From: Octopus bimaculoides
Lineage: Eukaryota
DNA: 64,000 nt
Assembly: GCF_001194135.2 (NCBI RefSeq)
Contig: NC_068981.1
Coordinates: 43,861,791 to 43,925,790, forward strand
Direction of reading: 5' to 3'
Part shown: piece after piece, positions 37,451-50,726 of the stretch
Layout: the number at the start of each line of letters is the position of its first letter
Position numbering within the stretch: the first letter of the stretch is position 1
Notes under the pieces: generated by a model
Told to the model about the DNA's origin: nothing
What the model saw: the letters and a program-made list of their open reading frames with translations, nothing else
The model's database searches: none
Position numbers and translations under genes: made by a program

Positions 37451-39022
37451 TGACTATGTTGAACATGGTTCTTAAGTTTGGCTAGAATCATACATCTATC
37501 AATGAATCACTCAATACTCACAGCAAGTATTGTGAGAGCTAATACTGATTAAATTAGGTCAATCACAGGCTAATGTAACTGATAAATGAAATAACAAAAT
37601 GGCACTCATTAACCACTTGACTCAAAACTATCTTTTTATAAATTTTATCAACAATAAAGATTTATTTATTAAAGAATATTATTGTACAATTAAAAATAAG
37701 AGAAAAATTGACTGGAATCTAAACTTTGATATTCTTGGTAGCTTTCAGAATCATTTTACTCATTTTGAATCAAATAAACATTCAATTTTTTGCTACATTT
37801 CACCAATTATTTGTTTATTGAAAATCATAAAAAATTCTTATGCCATTTACTGAAATTGACTATATTTGCACATACAATTAACTGGTAACTTTTTACGTTA
37901 ATTTGTTGCTAGACAGTCTACTGTTTAGAAAACTGATGCAATTAAGCAGAGGTGTCTGGAGAAGAAAAGTATTGCAAGTGCCTACATTTGTCTTTTAGAG
38001 GTATGAAGTAGATGAGAGAAAATTTCTCTCCAGAAAAGGACATTAACCCATTACAAGTAATATTCTCAGATGAGCTGATATTTATTTATCTGCAGTTAGG
38101 TGAACGGAGGTAATGTAGTATAAAGTCTGTGTTCTCCAAAAACATTATAATGCCTGCTGCAGATTTTAATGCATAGTCTAGGAATAGATAGTTCTAAAAC
38201 TAATCCACTCTGACATAACATCCTTAATTTATGTAGGAATGGTAGAAAAGAGAGAGAAATCACCGAACAGAAAAACATCTGCAGGTGAATTTAGTCTTGC
38301 CAAAATAGTAGATGGCATTGTCAAAGATATAACTCAGATTGTGTATGTATGCATTTATGTGTTCAAAAATATACTATGTACATGATTGTATGTATGAATG
38401 AGTTTCTGTGTATGTATGTGTGTGTTTCTGTATCAGTATGTGTCAGTGAGTATGTTATAGAATTTCAAATATATGTATATATACGTATATTAATATATAA
38501 ATATATAAGTTTTGGACTTCAGTGGTCAAGGTAAAAATATAACAAGATTACATAATGGGTGATGAATGTTATGTTGATCTTCATTACTTCCTGCAGGTTT
38601 TATCAGTAGGTGTATATTTCACTGTAAGTAGTTTGTCAGGTGATTTTTAATTTAATTTTCTTGTTACAATTTGAATGGCTAAGAAATTTATTAATGATTA
38701 TCAGAAAACACAGCAGGTTTAGATGAAAGAGTGTTACAAAGTAAAATTCCTGTAATGTTTCATTTTTGTATACCAGTAATATGTACAAAACAGTGACTGA
38801 CCATATCTATCATTGAAAAAAGATAGTGGGTATTCAAAGCATATATTTATGCAATTATATAAATGCATATATAGTTTATGGAATGTAAGGAGTGTCCAAT
38901 GGAAGAGGTAGAACCTGTAGTAGTGAAGTGGCATGTTTTAATCTTTTAAAAGTGGTTTGGCTATTTTGCTTTTCACCAGTCACTTACCTCTCATTTGTGG
39001 CTCCAAAAAGCAGAAGCTGTGA

Positions 39023-39062
<40 letters not shown>

Positions 39063-39861
39063 TTATTCATGTCTGTTTTATGTACATCTCACAACTTAAT
39101 GGTTCCACAAATAGAAATCACTGTAATAAGAAATTGGATTAAAAACAAGTACTGAAGACCATCGGATTTGCTAAATTTTAAAGATGATACCCTGGCATGG
39201 TTGTAACTCAGTGACTTAGGCAAGAATCTTCTATGAATAATTCTACTAAATTCTACCAAATATTTCTAATGATTCTATTAATATTCTTGTAAAGCTCTGG
39301 ACTAGCCAAAGTATTGTGAATGCAATTGGGATATGATGTGTATCTGTATATATGTGTGTGTTTGTTTGTATGTAGCTTGGTTTTGACATCACATGATGGC
39401 TGTAAAATGGCTTCCTTGTTTGTCTTCTGTCTTTCATGGGAAACATGTCTGCCACAGAAAATATTGTCATGCTAGGAAACAGGTGAGAGCATGTGACAAG
39501 GTGGCATACACAGCTGTTGAAAATCTGCCTCAACAAATTCCATCTGACAAATGCAAGTGCAAATGATGATGACGATGATGTGGACATACTTAACGTATGT
39601 GTACAATTGAAAAGCCAGATAATGCAGTTTTTATCAGGTTAAAATCCCTTTATAGACATATTGTGTTAAAAAGGGCAATAGGCCTCAGAGCTAGTTGGAC
39701 CAAAATCGCCCAAAAATGAGTTAAAGAACAGCAGGTGCACATTTCTGTCTCTGTGGCTTGTTAGTGTCATATATGCATGTTACTTCTAAAATGAGGTAGA
39801 AATGGACAGGCTAAAGTATATAGAGACAGTGTATAAGAAAACACATGTTTGCAATAGCATC

Positions 39862-39946
39862 ACTAAGGCTGAATATATGCATACTGATAAAGATTTTACT
39901 TTAGAGCAGCTTCTATTGCCTATTTCGAATTTTATTCGGCCTTAGT
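39862..39946. mobile_element. 85-bp mini-MITE with 14-bp TIR
   Basis: ACTAAGGCTGAATA (39862-39875) vs TATTCGGCCTTAGT (39933-39946), one mismatch; the same end recurs at 52678-52693. Confidence 0.55.
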
Positions 39947-40254
39947 AGTGTCTTGTTTATACACTGTGCCTATATACTTCAAACTCATTTCAGAAGCGAT
40001 GCACGTATATAACAATGACAAGTTATATATACATCAAAGCACGGACCTGTTGCTCACGTGGTACTTCCAGGGTGAATTCAATTCACCTAGGTTTGAAGTA
40101 TAACCTTGTTTTTGACACAATTCTTCCATAAAAGGGATTTCCCCAGATGAAACTATGAGCTTTGGCTTTTCAACAAAACACATATGTTGAGTATACCTTA
40201 TCGATAAAACTTTTATCCAAGAGCTGCTTCTATTGCTTATTTTGATTATATATA

Positions 40255-40679
40255 CCGTAAATCCTCGAGTATAGTCCGCCTTTGAGTATAATACTCAGGG
40301 CATTTTTAGGGGGCTGTACCTTTGAAAAACCTAAACCTTGTGTATAATAAGCACCCCTTCTCTAACTTGAGTCAAGGAGGTCTATATAACGTCCTTGGTT
40401 TGTAAACGTATATACGGTTACGTCCTTTATTATTATTGTATATATAACATAATGCAAATGTGTAGCTTTTTTGTGCACTTTGTTTGCAGAAAATAAAGAA
40501 ATAACAATAATAACGTCAGTGAAAAAGAAATACTAAGTAAATTATCTTTACATATTTATCATTTAGAAAATTTTGCTTAGAAAATATTTTTCATTTTTAA
40601 CTTCGTATATAGTACACACTAGAAATTTTGACCTTTAAATTTTGGGAAAAAAGTGCGGATTATACTCGAGGATTTACGG
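40255..40679. mobile_element. MITE, pogo/Tigger-type (425 bp)
   Basis: TA target duplication at 40253-54 and 40680-81; TIR CCGTAAATCCTCGAGTATA(G/A)TCCGC at both ends. Confidence 0.92.
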
Positions 40680-40724
40680 TATATGCTTGTGAGTGTGTGT
40701 GTATGTGTGTGGTCCGTGTGAGTG

Positions 40725-40765
<41 letters not shown>

Positions 40766-42189
40766 TCTGTTTGTGCAATTTTTCACGATGAATTCAAATA
40801 ACTTTACTTAGTAATTATCCTTTCAGATACTCAACATAGAACAAGATCTTGTGTCCGACTGTAGACTTGAGAACAAATTCTTACCAACTATATTTTCTTC
40901 AACAACAAATTAGCTCATGTCAAAAGCAGAAAATAGTAGTAGTAGTAGAATTCGTGGTAGTTTTAGTACTGTTGGTATTGTTGCAAACTGTCCAAGGTCA
41001 GAAAATTTTATCTCAAATTTTTCACACATGCAAATTGATTGGATAACGTTAGATGGAATTCATTATGGCTGGAAAAAGATAGATTGGTCACAGTTGGACA
41101 GGCTTTAAACATAGAGAGTAGACTTGGGCTAAACAATTGCAACTGATTATTAAAGTGTAATAATTATATTAGTTCAATACTGACTGAGATTGAAAGAGAA
41201 AAAACAGTAATAACTTTACCAGATTCTTCCAGGACAATGATCACTTGAGTATCTTGTCCTGTTGGTGTAGTGTGGAATTTATGGGATGGGTGAACCACAG
41301 AGGTCAACTACTTTTTATACGTGTGCTTTTTTTATACTATGTCGATAAAAACGAAGACGTAATTGCCTCAGCGAGAACATCTTTAGCAATAAGTAGGATA
41401 CTAGTTAAACAAAGAGAAACTGCACACACATCCAATTTCCCAACCAATACTTTCTGTAAAAAAAAAAATGATAAAAACATTACAAAAACGAATAAACAAC
41501 AAATTAGTTTATTTGGCTATGCTGTGGCTGGCAAAAAAGAATTTAATGTTGTACTGAGTTAGTTTATGGAAATTTATTTTGGTGGAAATAAGTTTCAATA
41601 TCAACTTCTTTACTTTGTATTTTTATGAGATAAAATAATTAAAAAATATTAATGGAATAATTCATACTATATAAAATACGATTTTTCGTTCATTTATTTA
41701 TTCTTTATTAGGCAAAATAATAGAAATTATTCAATTAAATTTTTATTGAGGTAAAATACAAAAAAATATTTTATTCATTTTATTTTGTGGCAAATTATAT
41801 AATACTTTTTAACGTGTGAGGGTTATTTAACAGAACATAGAGAACATAAAAGAATTATATAAAATCAAATTACTCCAGGCTAAAACTCACACCAAGTGTG
41901 TTTAGCATCGAGTTCACATGATGACCGAAGCTTTCTTTCACAGAATTTCTTCCCTGTCTGTCTCCATCAACATACAACACAGTAGTAGAAGGGCCTTTGA
42001 GAAAATCTTAGCGAGATGGAACAAAACTGTTTTTGGGCCCTGGGTTGGGGAGATCCTCTCAAATTTCAAATAGGGAGTCAATGAGGATCTATTTTTTTCT
42101 TAGGGGTGTATTCAGAATCTCCCCTTTGGCTCTCTGAGTCAAAATAGTAGTGGAGGAAATACTCAAGTATCGCTTTCATAGTCCTGCTA

Positions 42190-42610
42190 AGCCGTCGTCG
42201 TTGTTGTCAACATCATCATCATCATCGTTGTCGATTTCGTTGTCGTTTTCCATACTGATATGGGTTGGCCAGCTGAAGAGCTGTCCAAACTCCAATTGTC
42301 TATTTTGGCATGGTTTCTACAACTGGATGCCCTTCTTAACGCGAAGCACTTTACAGAATATACTGGGTGCTTTTTACGTGCCACAAGCTCGGGTGCATTT
42401 ACGTAACACCGGCACGAGTGTATTTTATGTTGCACTGGCACCTGCAAAGGATATTCCTGTATGTATGGATGGCCGCAATTTTACTTAGCTTGACGTGTGT
42501 TCTGAAGTACAGCAACTCGCCACAAGTCCCAGTCTCTTGTTATCTGCTCAGTGAGGCTTAGCATCTGAAGATCCTTTCTCACCACTCCATCCCATATTTT
42601 CCCGGGCTTC
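42190..42610 (-). mobile_element. RTE-clade LINE 3' end with (GAT)n tail
   Basis: Minus strand GRRGKPGKIWDGVVRKDLQMLSLTEQITRDWDLWRVAVLQNTRQAK* then GGCACGTAAAAAGCACC and AGAAGGGCATCCAGTTGTAGAAAC. Confidence 0.85.
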
Positions 42611-43219
42611 CCGCGTCTTCCACGTCTCTCCCAAATTCGCTATATGTTTTGATTAGCTATTGATTTTCTGCGAGCTTTTGATCTGAAAGAAGCCTTTGAT
42701 CTAAGTGTATTTCCTTTTTCTATATACAAGCACCCCAGCACTATGGAATACACAAAGCAATGCTTTTGAAGAATATTTGAACCTGGAATCATTAGCACAA
42801 CCAGTTCGCTATATTTACTATGAAAATGGCCACTCTGCGTATATCTCAGGTTGTGTTGTAACTCCAGAAAAGACTAGTCAAGTGTGGCAAAAAAACTGTA
42901 TCAGTTTATTTCTACTCTTTGAGATGTATATTTTAGCCTGCATTTCGTGATTTTAAGTTCCTTTCTCTGGCTCTAAGTTTTCAATGGCAAAGCGGATTAC
43001 GGTATCAAAATCCAATATTGTTAATCTTGTCAGAAGATGTTATGAGGTCAGCTCTATAAGAAAATACTAGAGTTCAAAGCAGTTGAAAGTTAAATAATGG
43101 AATTTGGATTCTATCATAGTCTTACAATGGTTAAAATATAATACAATATTTTCAAAAGAAAAGGATTGTACTCTCAAAGCTAAAGAATCCGTTCTTCGAA
43201 TAATGTTCATAATTTTAGC

Positions 43220-45100
43220 CTTCATACAGAACAGGCGAGAGCGGGAAGTTCTGAACGAACGTGTGATGCAAAACGTTTCCGATAGTAGCTGTTTACTTTG
43301 ACCACTGAACCGGTACCGCAGTGTATTGTAGCGATCAAACCTCTGAAAACGAGTTCTAACCCGGTCGATTCCAGGACAGCTTCTAAGTAATATTATAGGA
43401 TGCTTTAGACTGATCTAAATTGATCTGGCCCCCACCAAAACCAGCTTTGGTCCCAGCCCTCTCAATGATGTATCGCATAAAGTGGAGGTTGTGGATAGAT
43501 GTGATTTGGGATTGCCTTCCCCAAAATGTCGAGTAAAGTGCTGCTAGAAAGCCACACGTATTTGTTCGGAACCGAGCAGCTGGCACTCTTCCCCGTCCGT
43601 CAAAACTCTAATTGTAGTTTTGTTACTATGTCATGTCTCCACTGTTCGGGTCCATGTATTCGCTCGTACTTGAATGCATGTGCCTTAGCTCTGATAACGC
43701 AGCCTTCGTGTTTCGTCTCAAATGGTCAAGGGCCATTCTCGTGGCTAGTAAGTTGCCAAAAGCTATTGGTTCTATTCTTACTGCACTCTTCAAAGCAATT
43801 AGAATAGACTCATCAGTTGCTGTCGATTGCCTCCGTCAACTGCCACTTAACTTGTTCAGTAACCTGGACTCTATAGTCTTTGCATGCCAGTAAGGGCGCA
43901 TTCCAGATTCCTGTCTATGGGTCCTATCTAAATTGACTAAGCAGGTCGTAAATTTGTGGTCTCTGTAGTCAAACAGTTGTGAACATCTTATGTTATCCCT
44001 GCCTACTGGTTTAACAAATACTCTATCTAGATAGGATCTAGATAAACCATAATGGTTGCTCCTTATTCACACTGGCACATCAGGGAAAACCTGCTCACAA
44101 GCGTTTCAGCTGTCTGGTAGATACTATAAGACACCTGAAACGTTTCTGTGCAGGTTTTCGAAACTTTTGCACCCACTTCTGCTATTCACCAGCCCCTGTC
44201 GTGTCTCATAGCTTACAATTTGGGGTTACTTCTATTTGTTTGTGTCTGATGCTTCCTCTTATACCTGAAAAAGGCCTTTTGGGGCGATTTCATCAGATCT
44301 TTATCTCTTGGCGTGGCCTTTGATTACTTGAAGCCCGAGTCTGAGGAAAGAGGCTGGTGTATGCTTGTTTTAATATTTTCACTAATTGTATGAGGAAACG
44401 ATTCTTTCGGTGGAGTTGGTAGTAACGGTAGAAGGTATCGGGGCTGAAAGCTTTGAGATGGTTTGAATTCCCCTACACAAAATATCTGGATTTTCTGCTC
44501 TCTGTCAACACCAACATCTGCTCATTTTCCCCTGAAACAAAAAAATCGGGAGTGCAAATAAATTCCTCCGATGCAGCCAGTATCTGGAATTCCATGACAA
44601 TTCCAGTCCTGTTTTGTTGGGGGATGGATTTCTCCTCCACACTTTTCTCGTATTCCTCCAAACTGGATAAAACTCTGCATTTCGATTAGCCGGCACGTTC
44701 TCAACTCAAATTCGAGTTAACTCTCTTCCTATATAAAGGTAAATCACAATAAAATTGGTGGTGGGTGGGGATGCATGTTATTGTTGCTATTCTTCAAGGT
44801 CCTTGTTTGCTGATGAATATGACATCTACTGTTCTATGCTGTTTCCCTCCATATATGTATAGAGCTGAGGGCCACATATCCTAGCGGAATCTTTCAGTTT
44901 CTGCTAGAGAAGTAAATTCAATTCTCCCTGCGTTGCGTGAAAGGCGCTTATATACAATGGTTTTTATCCAGAGCTAACTTTTCCCTTCCTCATTAAGAAA
45001 CTTAACCTCGTTTGCCAACATCATTTTTATGCTGGAGGACTCAGCTACTGCCTTCGAAAAAGATAAGAGTTGTAGCTATTTTTATGTTGTTACTATTGCT
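43220..45100 (-). mobile_element. L1/Tx1-clade LINE fossil with ORF1 and deleted ORF2 remnants
   Basis: Minus strand, in order: ORF1-like EFTSLAETERF and degenerate knuckle ESRKSRYFV*GNSNHLKAFSP; APE endonuclease SRSYLDRVFVK...DYRDHKF; linker HEGCVIRAKA; RT SIHNLHFMRYIIE...INLDQSKA and YLEAVLE...SVVKVN. May extend to ~45480 through the Thr/Asn-rich stretch. Confidence 0.8.
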
Positions 45101-46014
45101 TTTGCTATTGCTGTTGTTTTGCACGTAGCTTTTGTTGTTATTATTGGTGTAGTTGAGTTTGCAGTTGATGACTTCATTCTTGGTGCTGTCTTTGTTTCGG
45201 TTCTCATTCTTGCTGCTGTTGTTGCTGTTGTTTTCATCCTTGTTGTTATCGTTATTATTATTGATGTGGCTATTGCTACTGAACACATTACAGCTACTGT
45301 AATTGTTGTTGTCACTGTTGTTTTTGTTGGCGTTGCCGCTGCCTTAGCGTCAAGACAAATTCTGTTACTAGCCTGCCTTTGAGGACGTTGTTATGGCTAC
45401 GTTGGCGCTTGAATTTTGGTTGACAGAATGCTCTCCGGCGTCGGTTGGTATTATTCTATCTTGTTTCAACATTTTTTAACATTTCAGAAAATTCCGAAAT
45501 ATTTGTTTTTACAAGGAATTCAAAAATTTTGATTAATCACGACTGTTGCGGGTGCATTTAAACAGAAATTTTCTTTATGAACCAAGAGAGTTGTCAAAAA
45601 GGTCGAGAACGATACAGGATAACACATTATGGAGTTAAATAAAAATTTATAAAAAAGAGAAATAACAAAAGTAAAAAAAAACCCCACAAAAACATAAAAA
45701 AACAAATAGAAATGAATGTGCGCCATCGCTTGTAACAATAGAGAATCCTCTTTCGACTCTCAAATCCTCTTTTAAAACATTTAAATAGGCATTGTTTGTC
45801 CACTCTTTGACAGACAATTTTATCTTGTATATGTCAGCTAATCGTTGTCCCCGAAAGTTGATTCATTGGACTAAAAATATGGAAACCAGAACTGGGGGTA
45901 GATTCAAGATGTACGGTAGATGGGGAATCATTGACCTGCTCAAACTAAAAGTCGAATTTAATCATTTGTTTCTGACCCTCACACACACACACATATATAT
46001 ATATGTTTAAATAG

Positions 46015-46857
46015 TCTTGACTATTAATCCTGCCATGAAGGGAAATGATTTGGCTGGTGGATTTTCAAGATATAGCCCCCCACCCCAGATCATCACAGTT
46101 CCTACTCCATGTTTAACAGCTGGAAGAAGGCAGTCTGGGTCAAGTGCTTATTTTAGTTGTCTCCACGGGTATACTTGGCCGGTGGTCAGAAATAAGTTAA
46201 AGGATGACTCGTCCGAGAAAATAACATTCTTCCACTGCTCTAGGGACCAATTCTGTAGGATTTTACTCCACTTTAAACACTTTACAACGTTTGTTTTTGA
46301 AAGTAGCGGTTTTATGATTGCAGCCCTCCCATGAAATCTGGCTTTGTGCAGCTCCCGCCGAACTGCTTCTGTGGAAAATGGGTTCTCGAGGTGGTCATTA
46401 AACGCTACAATAATTTTGGGAGCCGTACTTTTGTGATCCTTTCTGACAATTCCTGTAAGAGTCCGACAAACCCTATCTGAAAGCATTGGTTTTCTTCTGA
46501 AGTTTTGTTTCGTCGAGGAAGTTTTTCCCTCTTTTTCAAAGTCTGTCATTACTTTCAAGACAGTACTTCTTTATACACCAAACATTCCCGCTGCTTTCAT
46601 TACGCTAGCGCCTGTTATCCGAGCACCAACAATTTGACCTCTTTGAAAGTCCATTAGATATGTCATTGTAGTTAATTTTAATTAACTTTTTCTGATGATA
46701 TCTGAAAAGAAACAGCAATTTTAGCAAAGCATATGAAGCAACACTAATAATAAATCAGAAAACATAAAAATAAACAAGCTTTTGACGGTTTTATTGATAT
46801 TTCAAAATTATGATGTTTTGATGCGAGTTGTTTCTATTATTTTGTCCAACCCCTAAA
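46015..46857 (-). mobile_element. Tc1-family transposon 5' portion, pseudogenised
   Basis: TIR AGGGGTTGGACAAAATAATAGAAAC near 46857; ATG at 46666 MTYLMDFQRGQIVGARITGAS...; ORF 46148-46558 ...WSLEQWKNVIFSDESSFNLF (first catalytic Asp), then VMIWG; 3' end missing. Confidence 0.92.
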
Positions 46858-48225
46858 TATATATATATTACAGTTTACATTATCAGATCCCCAGACTTTT
46901 GATTACATGTATCCTTATGCATAATTAATAATCGTTGGAAGCGTTATCGCAATTAAAACTTTTCAGATTGGATGATAGTGCTACTGATACTGATGTGCGG
47001 AAGCGTGCCCTCACCCAATATAGAAACCCCAGATGTTTTTAAAGAATCCAATTGCTTGGTAAACGGTGGAACCCTACTCATTGAATTGTAGTGTAATTGT
47101 TTATGTAATAATCACAAGCATTTGTACCTTTAAACCATGATCAGCATGACACAGAATTTGACTTCTTGAACATTCCTAACAAATTCTATCAATAGCTCTT
47201 TTGGTATTTTTTAAATTGCCATATTGAATTGTCTAAAAGTTTTTTCAGTGTTTTGTTAATTTGCTAAATTGGCACATCAAAGAAATTGCCAATTTTAATT
47301 TATACTTTGCTTTGGTATAATAAATAAATTTTGTTGAAATTTGTTTGCTATAATAAATAAGTTTTAGTCGTTAAAATTCAGCAGTAAATAAAAATCTCCA
47401 GACATCTTCGACAATGATAATTTTTAATCTCTCTACACACGAAAGCAATAGAGATGTGAGAAGTCAGATACAAGCAACTGTTAATTTTTAAAATATTTTT
47501 ACGGCTGTAACTAATAAAATTCAGATGCCATGTGTTAATGTATTAAACTGTCACATTTTTTAATGTTTATTATTGAAGTCTCTTTGGTTGCAGGTGAAAA
47601 CAATATATTATACAACGAAAAGTATGTTAACGTATGACTTGTGGGCAGCGAATTTGTAAAAGTATGAACACCCGAAATTCATCTTAGTTGAGTGTAATTC
47701 ATGAACGGTTTCAGCAAAAGGTTACAAATAATTATAAATATTTTAGTGCAACGATATATAAAAGTCTAGTAGAGAAAAATACTGGAAAATATATATGCCA
47801 TATCTGATAAAATATGAGTATACTACCTTCTCAAATACTCCAGCAACAATATATTATTTCGATGCAAACATATCTTTATGTGGGCCAAGCAGGTGAAAAA
47901 AAAAAATCAATATCATGACAGATTTTATATCAAAGAGGCTAAACCGGGGGAAAACCATTTAGTTCGGTACTTTCGTCATCTTGTTTTGTTTCTTTATCCT
48001 CATCCCAATTATCGTTTTTCTTCCAAATAATTCTTTCTCCTACATCCGTTTCCTGTAAATGTTATCACTATTAATACTATTATAGTATCTCACAGCATGT
48101 GGTTTAGTTTTCCCTCACAAGTTTCACTTACCCTCTCACAAAATTTCAATTCATAACAGGTAAAATTATTAAAATCTTTATCGTAAATAATCTTTATAGG
48201 GTTGCACTAGTAATAATACTAATAC

Positions 48226-48258
<33 letters not shown>

Positions 48259-48271
48259 TGATGATGATGAT

Positions 48272-48479
48272 GATGGCTTCAAATTTAGGCACAAGGCCAA
48301 CATTTTCATGGGGTGGGGCAAGCCGATTAACATTGACTCCTGTACTCAAATGGTAATTATTCCATCGAACCCGAAACGATGAAAGGCAAAGTCGATATCG
48401 GTGGAATTTGAACTCAGAACGTAAAGACATGCGAAATGCCGCCCAGCATTTTGCCTGATTCTGCCAGCTCACCGCCTTA
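48272..48479 (-). mobile_element. Nin/Deu-like tRNA-SINE (copy 1 of tandem pair)
   Basis: GATGAAAGGCAAAGTCGATATCGGTGGAATTTGAACTCAGAACG...CTGCCAGCTCACCGCCTTA. Confidence 0.8.
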
Positions 48480-48493
48480 AGTAATAATAAAAC

Positions 48494-48702
48494 TAATAAT
48501 CCTTTCTACTCCCGGCACAAGACCTGAAATTTGAGGTGAAGCGGTAAGTCGATTATATCGACTCCAATGCATAATTGGTACTTATTTAATTGGCCCCGAT
48601 AAGATGAAAGCAAAGTTGACCTCGGCGGAATTTGAATTTAGGACGTGAAGACGGACAAAAAAAAAACCGTTATGCATTTTCTCGGTGTGCTAACGATTCT
48701 CG
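48494..48702 (-). mobile_element. Nin/Deu-like tRNA-SINE (copy 2 of tandem pair)
   Basis: AATAATCCTTTCTACT tail; GGTACTTATTT..GATGAAAGCAAAGTTGACCTCGGCGGAATTTGAA. Confidence 0.8.
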
Positions 48703-48794
48703 AATAATAATAATGATGATGATGATGATAATGACGATGATGATGATGATGGTAATAATAATAATAATAATAATAATGATAGTAATAATAATAT

Positions 48795-49420
48795 ATATAT
48801 ATTCACAGACACGACAGAGCTGAAACCTATATACAGTGGAAGCTATGCCAACACTATGGAATAACAACAGAAAGAAGATGGTATAAACACACGCCAGAAA
48901 AGGTCACAGAAAACGAGAAAGCACCCATACTCTGGGATATGCCAATACACACAGATAGAGAAATTAAGGCAAATAGACCAGATAGAGTTGTCAAAGATCA
49001 TGAAGAAAAAAAATGCTTTCTAATTGATGTATCAATACCAGCAGATGACAACGTTTCCCTAAATGAAATGGAAAAACTTTCAAAATACAAAGACCTGGAA
49101 ATAGAGGTAACTCGAATGTGGAATCTAAAAACAGAAACAATTCCTATCATAGTAGGTGCCTTAGGTATAATAAAAAAATACTCAGACAAATACATAACAA
49201 AAACACCAGGACTTACTAATATATATAGCATACAGAAACTTGCACTACTGGGCACTGCACACATCCTACGCAAAACACTTTCAATACAGTAACCATAAGA
49301 GCATCACAGCAAACCACAGCACATACCCAAGGCACACAGAGCTGCGCTCGGTAGTGAAGTGAAAGCACGTTATAAAAATAAAACTACTGAACAATAATAA
49401 TAATAATAATAATGATGATG
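48795..49420 (+). mobile_element. 5'-truncated R4/Dong-clade LINE: intact restriction-like endonuclease domain, 3'UTR and (TAA)n tail
   Basis: Open frame 48801-49292: IHRHDRAETYIQWKLCQHYG..WYKHTPEKVTENEKAPILWDMPIHTDREIKANRPD..FLIDVSIP..EKLSKYKDL..LLGTAHILRKTL; RHD, PD..D and KY.DL motifs are diagnostic of RLE. Confidence 0.92.
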
Positions 49421-50572
49421 ATGATAATTCAAATTACAAAACAACATAAACAATGTCAAGAGAAAATATTCTCCCCCAAAAATATTCTCGTATTTTGAAA
49501 TGCACAGTTTCATATATACGTGTAATTATATCAAATTATTGTGTTTTATATGTTTCTCTAATATCTTTTTATTGCAAATGTATGTTTGTGTGTAAATACA
49601 GTGCTATGCGTTGGATATCATCATAGTTTTTGTTTATTGTAATTATTGGTTTTCCTTTAATTTACCGGTGATGAAACACCGTTGGATTTCAGAGAAATTA
49701 ATTGGATGCACAAGTCAGAAGAAAGAAATCTCATAAGGGTTTTAATGTTCTTTTGGTTTAAAGAAAATAATAATGATAACAAAGTGGAGAAGGAGGATAA
49801 TGATGGCAGTTAGGATGATAAAAAAATAATTTTATATCATAAGCAGAAATTTACGCAATTTGGATCCCTGACAGAAATTTTGTAAGGTGAAATAAGACTG
49901 CATTCTGGTCCGTGAAGGAAACTCTCACACAAGGAGGTGGTGAGATTATATTTCTAAAGAAAGGGCGGCAGGTGGTCTCTGACTTTCCTTGGCTCATCAG
50001 GCTTCATGACCAATCTAACTTGAGTTACAGGCTCTGAGTGAAGGTAAAATGGATTATATTGTCATTAAAGATGTGTCAGTAATATGAAGAACCACAAGTA
50101 ATTGACAGGAATTTGTTTGGCTACAATGAGGAAAAGCAAAACAACTCTTAGCAAGATTTGAACACAGAATGTTGACAGACGTCACAATAAATGCAAAGCC
50201 TTTTTTATTTGTTTTACTAAAGCGCTCTACTGATTCTCCCCACCCCACTCCCCAGTAATACTAATGATGTTAATTATTTCTGAGATGCGGAACAACCTGT
50301 TTGGAGAGAAAAGTATATTTGATGAAATTAATATCAGTATTTTATCGGAAAGATTAAAGTCAACTTTGGCTTGAATGAAAATTATATACAATTTTTTTTG
50401 TTTTTTTTTTTGTTTTTAAATGTCATAAAGAATGGGAAGACGAAAAAAAGAAAAGCAAAGAAAGCTAAAATTATGCGGATGGTTATCATGAATTGGACAG
50501 ATTTAAAATAAGGTGAATGAGTTAAGGACAACCAAGGCAGATAAAGATAGAAATCCATGTCACTCAACTTGC

Positions 50573-50726
50573 CGGGATGATGATGATGTTGATGATGATG
50601 ATGATGATGTTGAAGGACGACGAAGAGGATGGTAACGAACAAGCGGAAAAAGATACAAAAAAAAAAATGATCATGCTGATTATTTTTTAAACAATTTATT
50701 TTGGAATGAAGATGTAGTCTTGACAT
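50573..50726 (-). CDS. Weak candidate first exon: hydrophobic segment followed by poly-His
   Basis: MSRLHLHSKINCLKNNQHDHFFFCIFFRLFVTILFVVLQHHHHHHQHHHHP then a possible phase-1 G|GCAAGT (GC) donor; may simply be a (GAT)n microsatellite read-through. Confidence 0.15.

Noticed and set aside
40849-41046. Signal peptide KQKIVVVVEFVVVLVLLVLLQTVQG before a GT donor
   Set aside because: No in-frame ATG; the hydrophobic run derives from a (GTA)n microsatellite.
45029-45382. 117-aa Val/Ala/Ile-rich membrane protein ORF
   Set aside because: Antisense reading of an (ACA/GCA)-rich low-complexity stretch adjoining the L1/Tx1 fossil.
47594-47621. 28-nt plus-strand microexon (ttgcag|...|gtatgt)
   Set aside because: Good splice sites but not frame-preserving and no partner exon; within chance expectation.
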